Of a stretch of DNA of 64,000 bases, positions 51,087 to 61,350 are shown piece after piece. The notes under the pieces are model-generated. The model ran no database searches. It was not told the DNA's origin and worked only from the letters and a program-made list of their open reading frames with translations. Both the position numbers and the translations under genes were made by a program. Every line of letters starts with the position of its first letter. Within the stretch, counting starts at the first letter, position 1. The stretch comes from a virus (Duplodnaviria; Heunggongvirae; Uroviricota; Caudoviricetes): positions 40,834-104,833 of IMG/VR virus record IMGVR_UViG_3300007609_001205; one strand, 5' to 3'.

Positions 51087-51583
51087 TCACTGAATAGTTT
51101 CTCTATAATCAAGTAAGTCCTGATAATTAAAGTATCTCTTTTTAAAGTAATCTTTTGGAAAATGACCAGTAATATCTGTCCAATTATCCCTATTCCCGTA
51201 TAAATACTTTATTATTTTTTCGTCCTTCTTATTATTCAGATCAAATACACTCCGTTCAAATGTCTTAGGATATTCATCAAAATTATTATACATCCATGGA
51301 TCGATTATATATCTATCATTAAGTACTGCAAAATGATGTCCATCGTCCGAATCTTCACCTTCAAGTTCAATGAAATATTCACTTTCTGGATTTTCATAAG
51401 TACTGAAACCATATATCTTTATACCATCCCCTTCATCATTCTAATTGCATTTGCAACTGATGTGCAATAAAAAGAACCACCTTTATCAATAACTTCTTCA
51501 ATTAAATTAACAAAATTTGGATCATCATATATATATGGATCAAATGTGGAATTATTCTCGAAATATTTAAGATGTTTCATTTA
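51087..51583 (-). pseudogene. split/frameshifted small gene
   Basis: A 52-codon ORF (MKHLKYFENN...RMMKGMV*, ATG at 51583) ends at a TAA. Reading resumes in another frame without a start codon (NDEGDGIKIYGF...) and continues into ORF 51087..51293. Confidence 0.35.
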
Positions 51584-52147
51584 TTAATTTAATTCTGCAT
51601 TTTGTGACTTAACGAATTCCATATATGACCCATATTCTTTTACAATATCTTCATATGGAACTTTTTCAAATCGACCTATATCTTTTTTATTCACTAACTT
51701 ACTTGGAGTGACAACACCATCATCCAACCACTTCTGACACATATTCAGGTAATGTTTCTTTTCTTCGGTATTAAGTTTATTCAAAATACCGATCCAATCC
51801 ATAACCTTCGTGAAATCTTCATTATACCGATTATCAATTAACCACTCCACTACATCCAAATGTTTATATTCGAATGCAACAATGACCAATTTTGGACGAT
51901 CCGTATAGACCACACCTTTTTCGTGAAAAAATTTAACAATTTCCAACCTTCCGTGTTTAACACTATGTTTTAATAACATTTGGTATAAGTATGAGGTATG
52001 GTCTTTATGTCTTTTCAATCTGTTGGCCAATTCATTGACATCACTTCGGAATACAAGATCCCTTAATTCAATTTGTTCCTGTTCTTCCTTGTCAAATTCT
52101 TCTTGGGTTTTAGCCTCATTGAATGTATTCCAGTTTTTTATAGTCAT
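51584..52147 (-). CDS. hypothetical protein
   Basis: 187 aa; possibly degenerate ankyrin-like repeats. Confidence 0.45.
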   Translation of the reverse strand: MTIKNWNTFNEAKTQEEFDKEEQEQIELRDLVFRSDVNELANRLKRHKDHTSYLYQMLLKHSVKHGRLEIVKFFHEKGVVYTDRPKLVIVAFEYKHLDVVEWLIDNRYNEDFTKVMDWIGILNKLNTEEKKHYLNMCQKWLDDGVVTPSKLVNKKDIGRFEKVPYEDIVKEYGSYMEFVKSQNAELN

Positions 52148-52165
52148 TATCTATATATTATTTCC

Positions 52166-52405
52166 CTACATATATTTATTCATCGTACCACCAATGTTAT
52201 TCAAACTCATATGATATTGTTTGGGTCCAACAACATATTTTGGACTCATTTTGGTTATTTGTTCCGGAAACTTAGTGAAATATTCAATCAATTCCTTCTT
52301 AATTTCATATTCATCTTTAGTATTATCTACACTATCCATCCTTAAAGATAATCTATACCAATTATTATCTACATAATTCTTTATTTCATGTGGTGTATGT
52401 TCCAT
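52166..52405 (-). CDS. hypothetical small protein
   Basis: 79-aa ORF. Confidence 0.35.
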   Translation of the reverse strand: MEHTPHEIKNYVDNNWYRLSLRMDSVDNTKDEYEIKKELIEYFTKFPEQITKMSPKYVVGPKQYHMSLNNIGGTMNKYM

Positions 52406-52451
52406 AATAAATCCAAAAATTAAAATATAAGTATTAAAATACTATATAGTA

Positions 52452-53189
52452 TCATGATGTTGCATCTTTTTTGCCCATGGAGGGATTCATTCCTATAAAA
52501 TTACCATTTGCCGATTTAATGTCTGAACAACCCAACATTTCTTTTAAAACATCAGATATTACTTCATCCGTTAATAAATTATTAGAATATGTCTTCAATT
52601 TTGATTCATCAACGAATTTCCCCACCTCAACTTCCATAGGAAATCCTTCTACCTTAACTTTTGATTTCGAAATAGAATTTGATATCATTGATATCATATT
52701 ATCTTTGATTATGTTCATTTCAGATTCATCAAATACAACAACACGATTATCTGCAACCATTCCATCAACATCAAATATATGCCTTGCCGGATTTACAATT
52801 GATATTCTACTCAAAGCCGTATCAAATTTATCTGCCAATATCTTTTCATGGTCAATAGATGCATTTGGTATATTACTATACACATCAATTTCTGAAACTT
52901 CCGATTCAAGTGACTCCATTATATAACTTTCAAAAGTGAGTACATTATCCTTTTCCATTGAAACCCGATCATCAATAACATCATCAATTACCCTATTGAT
53001 CATTTTAACACTATCCAACCCACTCTTCTCAAGGTAGGATTTTACACGATTTGGATTAAGATACTTCTTCAATTTTGAAGGTCGTATGTTCCATTCATCT
53101 ATGTATGAATCAATATACTGATTTATAAGATCATAATACTTATTAACCTCTTCTGTTGTTTCCATATCAGTATATATAAAATCTTTCAT
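52452..53189 (-). CDS. hypothetical acidic protein
   Basis: 245-aa ORF. Confidence 0.45.
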   Translation of the reverse strand: MKDFIYTDMETTEEVNKYYDLINQYIDSYIDEWNIRPSKLKKYLNPNRVKSYLEKSGLDSVKMINRVIDDVIDDRVSMEKDNVLTFESYIMESLESEVSEIDVYSNIPNASIDHEKILADKFDTALSRISIVNPARHIFDVDGMVADNRVVVFDESEMNIIKDNMISMISNSISKSKVKVEGFPMEVEVGKFVDESKLKTYSNNLLTDEVISDVLKEMLGCSDIKSANGNFIGMNPSMGKKDATS

Positions 53190-53317
53190 ACCAAAGTATG
53201 ATGTGCATTAGGTTTTTAATATATAGATTAAATTACAGATACAATTCAATGTTCCTTTCGAGTTCAAAAAGTTACCATAACAGAAAACCGGTTGAATTTA
53301 TAATACGTGAGAATTAT

Positions 53318-54154
53318 ATGTCCTTACGAGAAGACAAGGAATATATCCCAAGATTTTCATTCAAAGATATTACTGAGTTCAAGAACATTCCGATAAACGA
53401 ACCAATAAAGTATAACCAAGACATTGTTATAAAGGCGATAAAATATGGTATGATCTTTCTTATAAATTACAAAGGTGAAGAAGATAAACACTTTGCCGGA
53501 CACGAAAGAGTTATTTATCCAATGGTCATTGGTAGGTCATCAAAAGGTAAAATACTTATAAGAGGATGGCATTTGAATGGATGGTCGGTTTCTAAGAATC
53601 GCCACGTAAATAAGATATGGAGGCTGTTCAGAGGGGATAGAATTCTTTCTATGACATTCACCGGTTCATTTTACAGACTTGCCCCCGAAGGGTATAATAT
53701 GAATGATAAAGGAATGAGAGGTGGTATTATTGCCAAGGCAGATTTTAATGCTATACGAAGAAACCAACAGAATTTGGTAAAACGGAATTACCTACAAAAC
53801 CGAGACGAAGTATCAATTGGTACAGATGAAGAAAAATTCTCAACTATTCGATTAAAGAATACTGAATCTCAATTAGACCTCAACGAACCAACGGAAAACG
53901 CATACATAAATAACCTAAAATCTTCTGATAATTTGAGGATAAGTTTTCTTAAGTCAATATATGGAACTGAATATGTTGCAGTCCTTGGGGCAATCGGTAA
54001 GCCAGGGAACACTGTGAAAATACTCACAGATGATGGTAAGAGTTTAGGCGTATATAAAGTACTCGATTCAACCACGGGGGAGATATTGAAAAATATAAAG
54101 AACGTCAAAGGAAATACCATATACGACCTATACATATTTGACAAGAAATTGTAA
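53318..54154 (+). CDS. WYL-like domain protein
   Basis: ILIRGWHLNGWSVS....WRLFRGDRILSM resembles the WYL signature (W-Y/H-L ... FR.DRI). The track ORF starts at 53198; the ATG at 53318 (MSLREDKEY) is more plausible. Confidence 0.4.
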   Translation: MSLREDKEYIPRFSFKDITEFKNIPINEPIKYNQDIVIKAIKYGMIFLINYKGEEDKHFAGHERVIYPMVIGRSSKGKILIRGWHLNGWSVSKNRHVNKIWRLFRGDRILSMTFTGSFYRLAPEGYNMNDKGMRGGIIAKADFNAIRRNQQNLVKRNYLQNRDEVSIGTDEEKFSTIRLKNTESQLDLNEPTENAYINNLKSSDNLRISFLKSIYGTEYVAVLGAIGKPGNTVKILTDDGKSLGVYKVLDSTTGEILKNIKNVKGNTIYDLYIFDKKL

Positions 54155-54186
54155 AAACAAAGTTTAGTATCTGATATATAAATTAT

Positions 54187-54678
54187 ATGGAAATATACAC
54201 ACAAAAAGAGATAGATTCTATCAGGAGCAAACAAGAAACCAATGACCGTTTAGAAAAATATTTCTTACAAAAGAGAGATGGTTGGAATAACTTACTAGCA
54301 CCACTTTTTGAGGTCGTTAAAATGGAACCATCAAAAGAGACATCTACAAAAATAACAGATACTCAATCAATGTCATTGGCATATCGTCAAAAAATAAATG
54401 AGGAGATATCAATATATCTTGAAAAAAGATCAAGACAAGATGTTAAGATAAAAAAGTTGAAACAAGATAAGTTCTTGTTCTATGCAACGGGATTTGGTCT
54501 AAAAACAAATTATGGCGAGAAACAATTGATGATAGATGGTCATATCCGAGAAGAAGAAAGAAACATCGAATTAATTGAAAATTATGTAGAGTTTTTACGT
54601 GCAATGAATAAAAACCTTGAATCACTTCAATATACTTTGAAAAATATTATCGAACTTTACAATATCCTATTAAGATAA
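54187..54678 (+). CDS. hypothetical protein
   Basis: 163-aa ORF. Confidence 0.45.
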   Translation: MEIYTQKEIDSIRSKQETNDRLEKYFLQKRDGWNNLLAPLFEVVKMEPSKETSTKITDTQSMSLAYRQKINEEISIYLEKRSRQDVKIKKLKQDKFLFYATGFGLKTNYGEKQLMIDGHIREEERNIELIENYVEFLRAMNKNLESLQYTLKNIIELYNILLR

Positions 54679-54707
54679 ATTACACTAACCAATTTAATAT
54701 ATACCAT

Positions 54708-55142
54708 ATGGAGAAATTTTTAGAAAAGTTCGATGAATTCGAAAGAAAGAATTATAATAGGAAATATCCACGTATAATTAATCCTGAAACAATTTGGGAT
54801 GGTACTTGTAATTTAATAAGGAATATGGACAGAAAAGGACTACACCCATATTACCTGAATGATAAATACGAACTTTTGGAAATACAACACACACCACAAG
54901 GAGTTCCATATAAATTAAGTCCTTCTGGAAAGAAACAATACCAAAAAGATAGAAAAAACACATTTGGTACTATTTACTTTGTAAGAGATGAAGAACTTTC
55001 TGAATTAAACCCTGTTGTAGAACAAATGCAATCCCTTATTACGAAATTGGATAAAATGAGGGAAACACTCAGTGACCTAGTCGGTAGTAAGGTACAACAC
55101 CATTTTGGAAAAGATGATTACGAAAGAGACCGAGAGGAATAA
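54708..55142 (+). CDS. hypothetical protein
   Basis: 144-aa ORF. Confidence 0.45.
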   Translation: MEKFLEKFDEFERKNYNRKYPRIINPETIWDGTCNLIRNMDRKGLHPYYLNDKYELLEIQHTPQGVPYKLSPSGKKQYQKDRKNTFGTIYFVRDEELSELNPVVEQMQSLITKLDKMRETLSDLVGSKVQHHFGKDDYERDREE

Positions 55143-55195
55143 AGGTTTCTGCTAAGATAATATAAACATCCATATACATTATACATATACATGAT

Positions 55196-55504
55196 ATGCA
55201 ATACGTTGTCAAAGAAGACATAATTGTGGCAGATCAAACTATTGCCACAACCGGAGAAACATTCGAAGAAATTGATGGTTTCATAGAAGTTAATACATCA
55301 TTTGGGAGTTCTATGAAATTCGATGTTACCAAATCAAGTAAATTCTTTAAAGCCAAAAATGATATAGATGTTAGATTCAAGGAAATAGACTCCGATGATG
55401 ATGCCATTAAAACATGGAGATTACAATTGGATGTGAAGACAACACGCACAAATGCAAAGAAAATTGAAAAATATCTTAAAGAAAGTTTAGCTAATATGAT
55501 ATAA
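55196..55504 (+). CDS. hypothetical protein
   Basis: 102-aa ORF. Confidence 0.4.
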   Translation: MQYVVKEDIIVADQTIATTGETFEEIDGFIEVNTSFGSSMKFDVTKSSKFFKAKNDIDVRFKEIDSDDDAIKTWRLQLDVKTTRTNAKKIEKYLKESLANMI

Positions 55505-55521
55505 ATCCTTATATTTGCATC

Positions 55522-56106
55522 ATGTTTCTACGGTTGGAGAATAATCACTTAGTTAAATTTTTACCCATGCCATTAAAGGATGGTACATATACTGATCGTA
55601 TTGAAAGTGATGCAATATACTATAATAATACCACTATTTACGACCGAACTGGGTATCTAAAAGAATTGATGAATGAACACCTAAAGCAACGAAATGAACG
55701 TCCGATAAGTTATTACAATATGACATACGCACTTGTTATCTATAATGGACAAATAAGATTTGTAAAAATTGGTAGAACTTTATTAAATATTCTTCCTAGT
55801 AAACTATACAACATCAAAACAAACGAACATTTGTTAGTGTGTACTACCAATACAACAAGTGCTTTTCCCGACTTTAGATCATCAAAATTAGTAATGTGTG
55901 ATTACAAACAACCCATACAATCTAAAAATGTTGAAGATTGGGTTAGGTATATCAGAAAAGAACAACCATTTTATTTGGAAGATTGGCTCAATAGATATGA
56001 AATTTCTAAAAATATTCCTATTTTAGAAGAATTATTCGGAGAAAATTCTATTCAAAGAATCACTCAAAAAAGGAGAAATGAAAAATTAAACAATATATTA
56101 ACTTGA
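55522..56106 (+). CDS. hypothetical protein
   Basis: 194-aa ORF. Confidence 0.45.
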   Translation: MFLRLENNHLVKFLPMPLKDGTYTDRIESDAIYYNNTTIYDRTGYLKELMNEHLKQRNERPISYYNMTYALVIYNGQIRFVKIGRTLLNILPSKLYNIKTNEHLLVCTTNTTSAFPDFRSSKLVMCDYKQPIQSKNVEDWVRYIRKEQPFYLEDWLNRYEISKNIPILEELFGENSIQRITQKRRNEKLNNILT

Positions 56107-56121
56107 ACGTATAATCAATAG

Positions 56122-56328
56122 ATGGGATTTTTGAATAATTTTTTTGGCTATCGGTCATGGTTAAAAGAACCGAAATATTGTGAACATTGTGATGATACAG
56201 GAGAGATTGAAGTTATTGTAATGGGAACTGATGATACGAATTACGTAGAATGCACAGTTTGTAAAAATAGACCATCAAGAGTACGAACCAAAAGAAACAG
56301 AACACTAACCAAAATATTAGACACATGA
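56122..56328 (+). CDS. small zinc-ribbon protein
   Basis: CEHCDDTG...CTVCKN forms a CxxC-x20-CxxC arrangement. Confidence 0.4.
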   Translation: MGFLNNFFGYRSWLKEPKYCEHCDDTGEIEVIVMGTDDTNYVECTVCKNRPSRVRTKRNRTLTKILDT

Positions 56329-57239
56329 CAACAGATCCAACAAATTATTCAATTGGCGTAGTGGTGGCGAGATTCCAAGTCGATGATCTCCACGAAGGAC
56401 ACCATCACATTATTGAACAAGTTTCCAATAACCATGGAAAGATTCTTGTATTTCTAGGAATACCGGAATTCATTGGAACAATGAAAAATCCACTGGACTT
56501 TGACACAAGGAAAAAGATGGTTCAACAAGATTACCCCAATGCAGTGATCATGTCAATACCGGACCAACCGGAAAATGACCTATGGGCAAAGGAATTGGAT
56601 AGACGAATCCGAGAAATTTACCCAAAATCCCACGGAGAAGTTCTACTTTATGGTTCAAGGGATTCATTCATTCCGTCATATGAAGATGGTGGCGGTGAAT
56701 TCGACTGCACCGAATTAAAATCACATGGTACATATGCAGGTATTGATATCCGAAAGAAAATATCTGATGAAAACCTTGCCTCACGAGATTTCAGGTATGG
56801 ATGCATCTATACAGCATATAACCAATTTCCAAGAGTTATTCCAGGGGTAGATATTATCCTCATGAGAAAAGGGAAAGTTATGTTGGCAAAAAGATATAAT
56901 GAACATCGATACCGATTCATCGGTTCTCTGGTAAAAGAGGGTTCTGATTCATTCGATGTTGCTGCCAACAAAATACTCACCGAAAAAATCGGAAGCAATT
57001 GTGAGATAAGTCCTTTGAAATATCTATTCTCAACAAATGTTGATGATTGGCGTGTGAGGAATTCAAGGGATAGTGTTATATCCACTGTTTTTGAGACAGA
57101 AATACTATGGGGTCACCCACAACCATATTCTAAATATGACGAAATCAAAGAATTTGATATTTCTGACATAAACCACGAAATCATCACCAAAGATCACCAT
57201 CCAATTCTCGAAAAATATTTAAAAATTAAAACAAAATAA
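56325..57239 (+). CDS. natV: bifunctional NMN adenylyltransferase / Nudix hydrolase (NatV/NadM-like)
   Basis: N-terminal cytidylyltransferase motif VVVARFQVDDLHEGHHHII (HxGH) and a C-terminal Nudix-box-like region GSLVKEGSDSFDVAANKILTEKIGS. It lies directly upstream of the NadV-like gene, as in vibriophage KVP40. Confidence 0.65.
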   Translation: MTTDPTNYSIGVVVARFQVDDLHEGHHHIIEQVSNNHGKILVFLGIPEFIGTMKNPLDFDTRKKMVQQDYPNAVIMSIPDQPENDLWAKELDRRIREIYPKSHGEVLLYGSRDSFIPSYEDGGGEFDCTELKSHGTYAGIDIRKKISDENLASRDFRYGCIYTAYNQFPRVIPGVDIILMRKGKVMLAKRYNEHRYRFIGSLVKEGSDSFDVAANKILTEKIGSNCEISPLKYLFSTNVDDWRVRNSRDSVISTVFETEILWGHPQPYSKYDEIKEFDISDINHEIITKDHHPILEKYLKIKTK

Positions 57240-57241
57240 TT

Positions 57242-58894
57242 ATGAAAACAGTCAAATTACCACAGAAAAGGGTTACTCGAACCCCAAGATTACTTTTAGC
57301 AGATGCTTATACAGTCGGAGGAAATGATTTCCAAAGTGATAAAGCACAAGAGAAATCATCCTATTATGCAACATTCAGAAGGGAGTTATTTAAGATAAAC
57401 CCCGACCTATATGTAAAAGGAGATAACCGAATGGTCTTTTACGGACTTGGGAGAATCCTCGAAAAATTATTTTATGATCCGGTCACACATCAAGAAATAG
57501 ATGATGCCAAGGCGTTCTTAGAAACAGCCAAAGTAACTGCAACAGGCCTAACAAAATACAATTTCCCCGAAGAACTATGGCGAACAGTAGTAGATGATTA
57601 CAACGGAAGACCACCTATTAGAATTATGGCAATGCCCGAAGGATCTGTTGTTTATCCAAACGAACCAGTAATGCAAGTTACAAGTACTGCACATGGACGT
57701 AAAATGGGTGAGTTGGCAGCATGGTTTGAGAGTAAGTTACTACAAGTATGGGCAACTTCTGAAAGAGCCACACAAGATAGACATTGGCTTAATTACCTTA
57801 TTGAAATGGTAAAGGAAATTGACCCGAACAACGAACAATTCCTATTGGATGCATCATCAATGCTTACCGATTTTGGTGACCGAGCCGGGGCATGTATGAT
57901 GGAATCTGATGAAATTCCATTGGGTGGTCTATTGAGTTTTATGGGATCAGATACATTCTCAGCAGGATATCAAGCATGGAATGAATCCGGTCGAAAAGAA
58001 CCAACTGCAATCAGTGTGTTGGCACTTGCCCATAGAAATGTACAAGCATATGAAAAAGAAGAAGATTGCTACCGTGCATTATACGATGCTATGGAAGACA
58101 ATGAAATTGGGAGTTTTGTGGCTGATTGCTACGACTACTATAATGCAGTGGAAAACCATTTGTTAAAACTTGCACTCGAAAGTAAGAAAACCGGAAATGG
58201 GAAAGTTGTTACAGTAAGACCCGATAGTGGTGACCCAGTAGAACAAGTTATTTGGACATGCCGATTGGCAGTAAAAAATGGTCTTTATACCGAAAGAGCC
58301 ATCACTGACAAACATGGCATGAAAAGACATTGGAAGTTCGGTACATTCTTGAAATTCATTGAAGGTGATGGAATGGATTTCAAAACAATGAAAGATATTA
58401 TGAAAGCTTTGATGTCTGAAGGATTTGCACCTTACGGTTGGGGATTATTTGGATCTGGTGGCGGATTAAGAAACAATCTCAAAAGAGATAACCTATCTGC
58501 AAAATATGCAATCAATGCAGTGGGAGATGATAATACAGGAGTTATCAAAACATCTGAGGTTGTTGAGAAGTCAAGCCTACCCGGACCATTGAAAGTCCTT
58601 AGAACAAAAGAAGCACTCCAAAAGGGAGAAACTATAACATTCTTAGACAATGATGGTGAAAATGCAATGAAGCTTTACTTTGATGGATCAAATATTTGGG
58701 AACCATTCGGACCAGGAATGGATGACCATTTCTTGGTTGCAAAGGAAAGACTAAATGAGCAATGGGACTCTATGCCAAAAAACTTACCAAACAAGTTTCC
58801 AGCAACAACAGATGTTCTCGAAGAAAGAGACAGATTATTGGCTATCAATGCTCCATCAAAATTCGAAGAACGTAGTTTTGGAACACTTGCATAA
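57242..58894 (+). CDS. nadV: nicotinamide phosphoribosyltransferase (NadV/NAMPT)
   Basis: N-terminus LLLADAYTVGG parallels NAMPT LLATDSYKVTH; the motif GLFGSGGGL is conserved; 550 aa. Confidence 0.7.
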   Translation: MKTVKLPQKRVTRTPRLLLADAYTVGGNDFQSDKAQEKSSYYATFRRELFKINPDLYVKGDNRMVFYGLGRILEKLFYDPVTHQEIDDAKAFLETAKVTATGLTKYNFPEELWRTVVDDYNGRPPIRIMAMPEGSVVYPNEPVMQVTSTAHGRKMGELAAWFESKLLQVWATSERATQDRHWLNYLIEMVKEIDPNNEQFLLDASSMLTDFGDRAGACMMESDEIPLGGLLSFMGSDTFSAGYQAWNESGRKEPTAISVLALAHRNVQAYEKEEDCYRALYDAMEDNEIGSFVADCYDYYNAVENHLLKLALESKKTGNGKVVTVRPDSGDPVEQVIWTCRLAVKNGLYTERAITDKHGMKRHWKFGTFLKFIEGDGMDFKTMKDIMKALMSEGFAPYGWGLFGSGGGLRNNLKRDNLSAKYAINAVGDDNTGVIKTSEVVEKSSLPGPLKVLRTKEALQKGETITFLDNDGENAMKLYFDGSNIWEPFGPGMDDHFLVAKERLNEQWDSMPKNLPNKFPATTDVLEERDRLLAINAPSKFEERSFGTLA

Positions 58895-59628
58895 TGAGTA
58901 GAGTTTTCAACAAAGAAGATGTTAAAAGGTGGCAAAAGAGGTTCGATGAACTTGATATCTCTTGCCACCTTATTGACGAATCAAGTAAAATAGTAGCATT
59001 CTATCAAAAAACAAGTAACCATACATTCCAACCTAATATAACCCAAATTCAAGAATTACAAATATCTACACATTTTAAATATAAATTTAATTACTCAGTT
59101 CCAAAGAGTAATTTAAACACATTCAATAAGATATTAGACGATACACTTAACAACAGACCATTTATCATAAGACAACAGAACGATAACACTTATACAAATG
59201 ATAAAATAATAACCCCCCTATCTGAATTACCCACGATTAAAAGAACCGAACTTTTTATAAATGGAACTGATTACATATTACACGAGGCAACATTACACAC
59301 ACAATTATCAAATTTGATAATGTGGGTAACAAATGTTGAGGATGCATTTATAACCCTATCAAAATGGTATCCACTTGATGGTAATGGAGAAGAATTATCC
59401 AAACTCCCATTCAAATTACATGATATAGTTTCACGTAAAGGGAAAAGAGATGAATGCCTTATCAAAGGAATATCATATAATAGGGAATTTTTATTCTATG
59501 ATATAATAGAAATAAATGAAAAAATAGGTAATTCTATCATATTCGGTGATAATTATAAGCAATCTCCTGAATTCCTTGAAATATCAAGAAACTCTAAATT
59601 AGTAAGTTTACTCAAAGCCTCCAAATGA
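58894..59628 (+). CDS. hypothetical protein
   Basis: 244-aa ORF. Confidence 0.45.
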   Translation: MSRVFNKEDVKRWQKRFDELDISCHLIDESSKIVAFYQKTSNHTFQPNITQIQELQISTHFKYKFNYSVPKSNLNTFNKILDDTLNNRPFIIRQQNDNTYTNDKIITPLSELPTIKRTELFINGTDYILHEATLHTQLSNLIMWVTNVEDAFITLSKWYPLDGNGEELSKLPFKLHDIVSRKGKRDECLIKGISYNREFLFYDIIEINEKIGNSIIFGDNYKQSPEFLEISRNSKLVSLLKASK

Positions 59629-60060
59629 CTTAATATGTTTGAGAGTTGAATGACTTTCATCAACTGGACCATCCGGTTCGGTATATACTCTCAATTTATC
59701 AATCACTTCCTCTAATGCAGTTATGACTTGCTTTGGCTCAGTCCCATATCGTTGGAGTATCTTTTTACTTATTTCAATAAATGATTCTTTCAGAGATGCT
59801 TCATCCTCTTTATCAGAAAGAATCAACTTTTGTATTATAACATCCCCTAATATTTTATCAAACGGCCTTAGTCCTTCTTCCAATTCATGCACAATGTCAT
59901 GAATTTCCTTTTCGGTCATATCGGATTCTTGAAACCGTTCATGTATCACAACAAGTTTTGGAAGTAGTTCCTTTATCCGATTTTCAACAACAGATGCATC
60001 AAATTCCCCTATAACATTTAATTCATTGATATGTTGCATAAACAATTGGTAATTTATCAT
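59608..60060 (-). CDS. hypothetical acidic protein
   Basis: 150-aa ORF. Confidence 0.4.
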   Translation of the reverse strand: MINYQLFMQHINELNVIGEFDASVVENRIKELLPKLVVIHERFQESDMTEKEIHDIVHELEEGLRPFDKILGDVIIQKLILSDKEDEASLKESFIEISKKILQRYGTEPKQVITALEEVIDKLRVYTEPDGPVDESHSTLKHIKSFGGFE

Positions 60061-60092
60061 ATATATTAACTACAAAATATAAGTATTCAATT

Positions 60093-60872
60093 ATGAAGAC
60101 ACTTACTACAACATTTCAATTCATTCAAGATAATTTCATGGAATTACGTGATAAACTTGAAGACCTGACAAAATTATCAGATATTGTAAAATTACAATTC
60201 GACCAAGACAAAGTAATGATATATTCAATGGATGGTTCAGGTCAGATGGTACTGGCGATGAAATCCTATCAAGTCAATACACACGAATATATCACACTTG
60301 ATGATACACTTGATGATACAATAGAATGTGTAATATTGAATGCAAAGAAATTCGTAAAGAATTTAAAATTCGTAAACACAGCAACACCTATTAAATGTAA
60401 AGTAACCTATAAGAAATTTGATGATGGTCTTACAGAAGTCAGGTCTTTTATATTCACTAATGCCAAACTGAAATTAAATGTTGAAACCGGCAATAGAAAT
60501 GAACTAAAAAGGATAACAACTGATAGAATGAATCAAATGTTAGACCCAGATAGAAGGGAATGGGATTTTAATATAGATGCGAACACTTTCCATGACATCT
60601 CTAAATTGGCAAGAATAAATTCGGATGAATCCCGTAGAATTCTTGAAATAGATGCACATAATGGAAAGGTCAAACTTTCAGAACGTTCATTATGGGAGAT
60701 GGAAGTAGATGAAACTGACCAACCCAATGCAAATATAATGATAAATAAGAAATATTTACCATTCATAGATTCCAAAGGAAATGATGTTACATTCAATGTA
60801 TTCAATAACTTCATATTCATTGAAGGGGAGCAGTCAAAATTCATGATAAGTTTCGAACAATCATTCGATTGA
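60093..60872 (+). CDS. sliding clamp candidate, T4 gp45-like
   Basis: N-terminus MKTLTTTFQFIQDNF parallels gp45 MKLSKDTTALLKNF. The C-terminal block NANIMINKKYLPFIDSKGNDVTFNV...FMISFE parallels gp45 NMANMKMQPGNYKLLLWAKGKQGAAKFEG...VVALE. The size fits two beta-clamp domains. Confidence 0.45.
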   Translation: MKTLTTTFQFIQDNFMELRDKLEDLTKLSDIVKLQFDQDKVMIYSMDGSGQMVLAMKSYQVNTHEYITLDDTLDDTIECVILNAKKFVKNLKFVNTATPIKCKVTYKKFDDGLTEVRSFIFTNAKLKLNVETGNRNELKRITTDRMNQMLDPDRREWDFNIDANTFHDISKLARINSDESRRILEIDAHNGKVKLSERSLWEMEVDETDQPNANIMINKKYLPFIDSKGNDVTFNVFNNFIFIEGEQSKFMISFEQSFD

Positions 60873-60873
60873 T

Positions 60874-61290
60874 ATGAGTCTGGTACAATCATACAAGAAC
60901 ACCCATTATAATAGTGATATTAACATCACACTTATCGTAGATACTGATTCTAAACAATTGGATGAATTATTGAAAGACCGTGGTATGCGATCAGCCATCT
61001 ATATAACGGCATGGAACCCCTTAAGTGAAAGCCGCCCCATCAGGGAAAACCAATCATCAAACGAAAATCTTAAGGATGACCTACTCACCATTACAAGTGA
61101 GGAAAATATAATAATGGGATTTGGTGAATCTATTTCAAATGAAGTACCAGGTGAGGAAAGTTTCCTAGTATTGGGTCTTTCAAAAGAAATTGGTAATGAA
61201 CTGGCATATAAATATCAACAGAACGCCTTTATCTTACATCAGTTGAACTCTTTTACAGAGTTGGTGATAACTGATCATTATAAAGAATAA
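60874..61290 (+). CDS. hypothetical protein
   Basis: 138-aa ORF. Confidence 0.4.
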   Translation: MSLVQSYKNTHYNSDINITLIVDTDSKQLDELLKDRGMRSAIYITAWNPLSESRPIRENQSSNENLKDDLLTITSEENIIMGFGESISNEVPGEESFLVLGLSKEIGNELAYKYQQNAFILHQLNSFTELVITDHYKE

Positions 61291-61350
61291 ATAAGACCAC
61301 ATAACTTTTAAAGAAGAAAAAGGGAATACATAAGACACAATATATATTTT

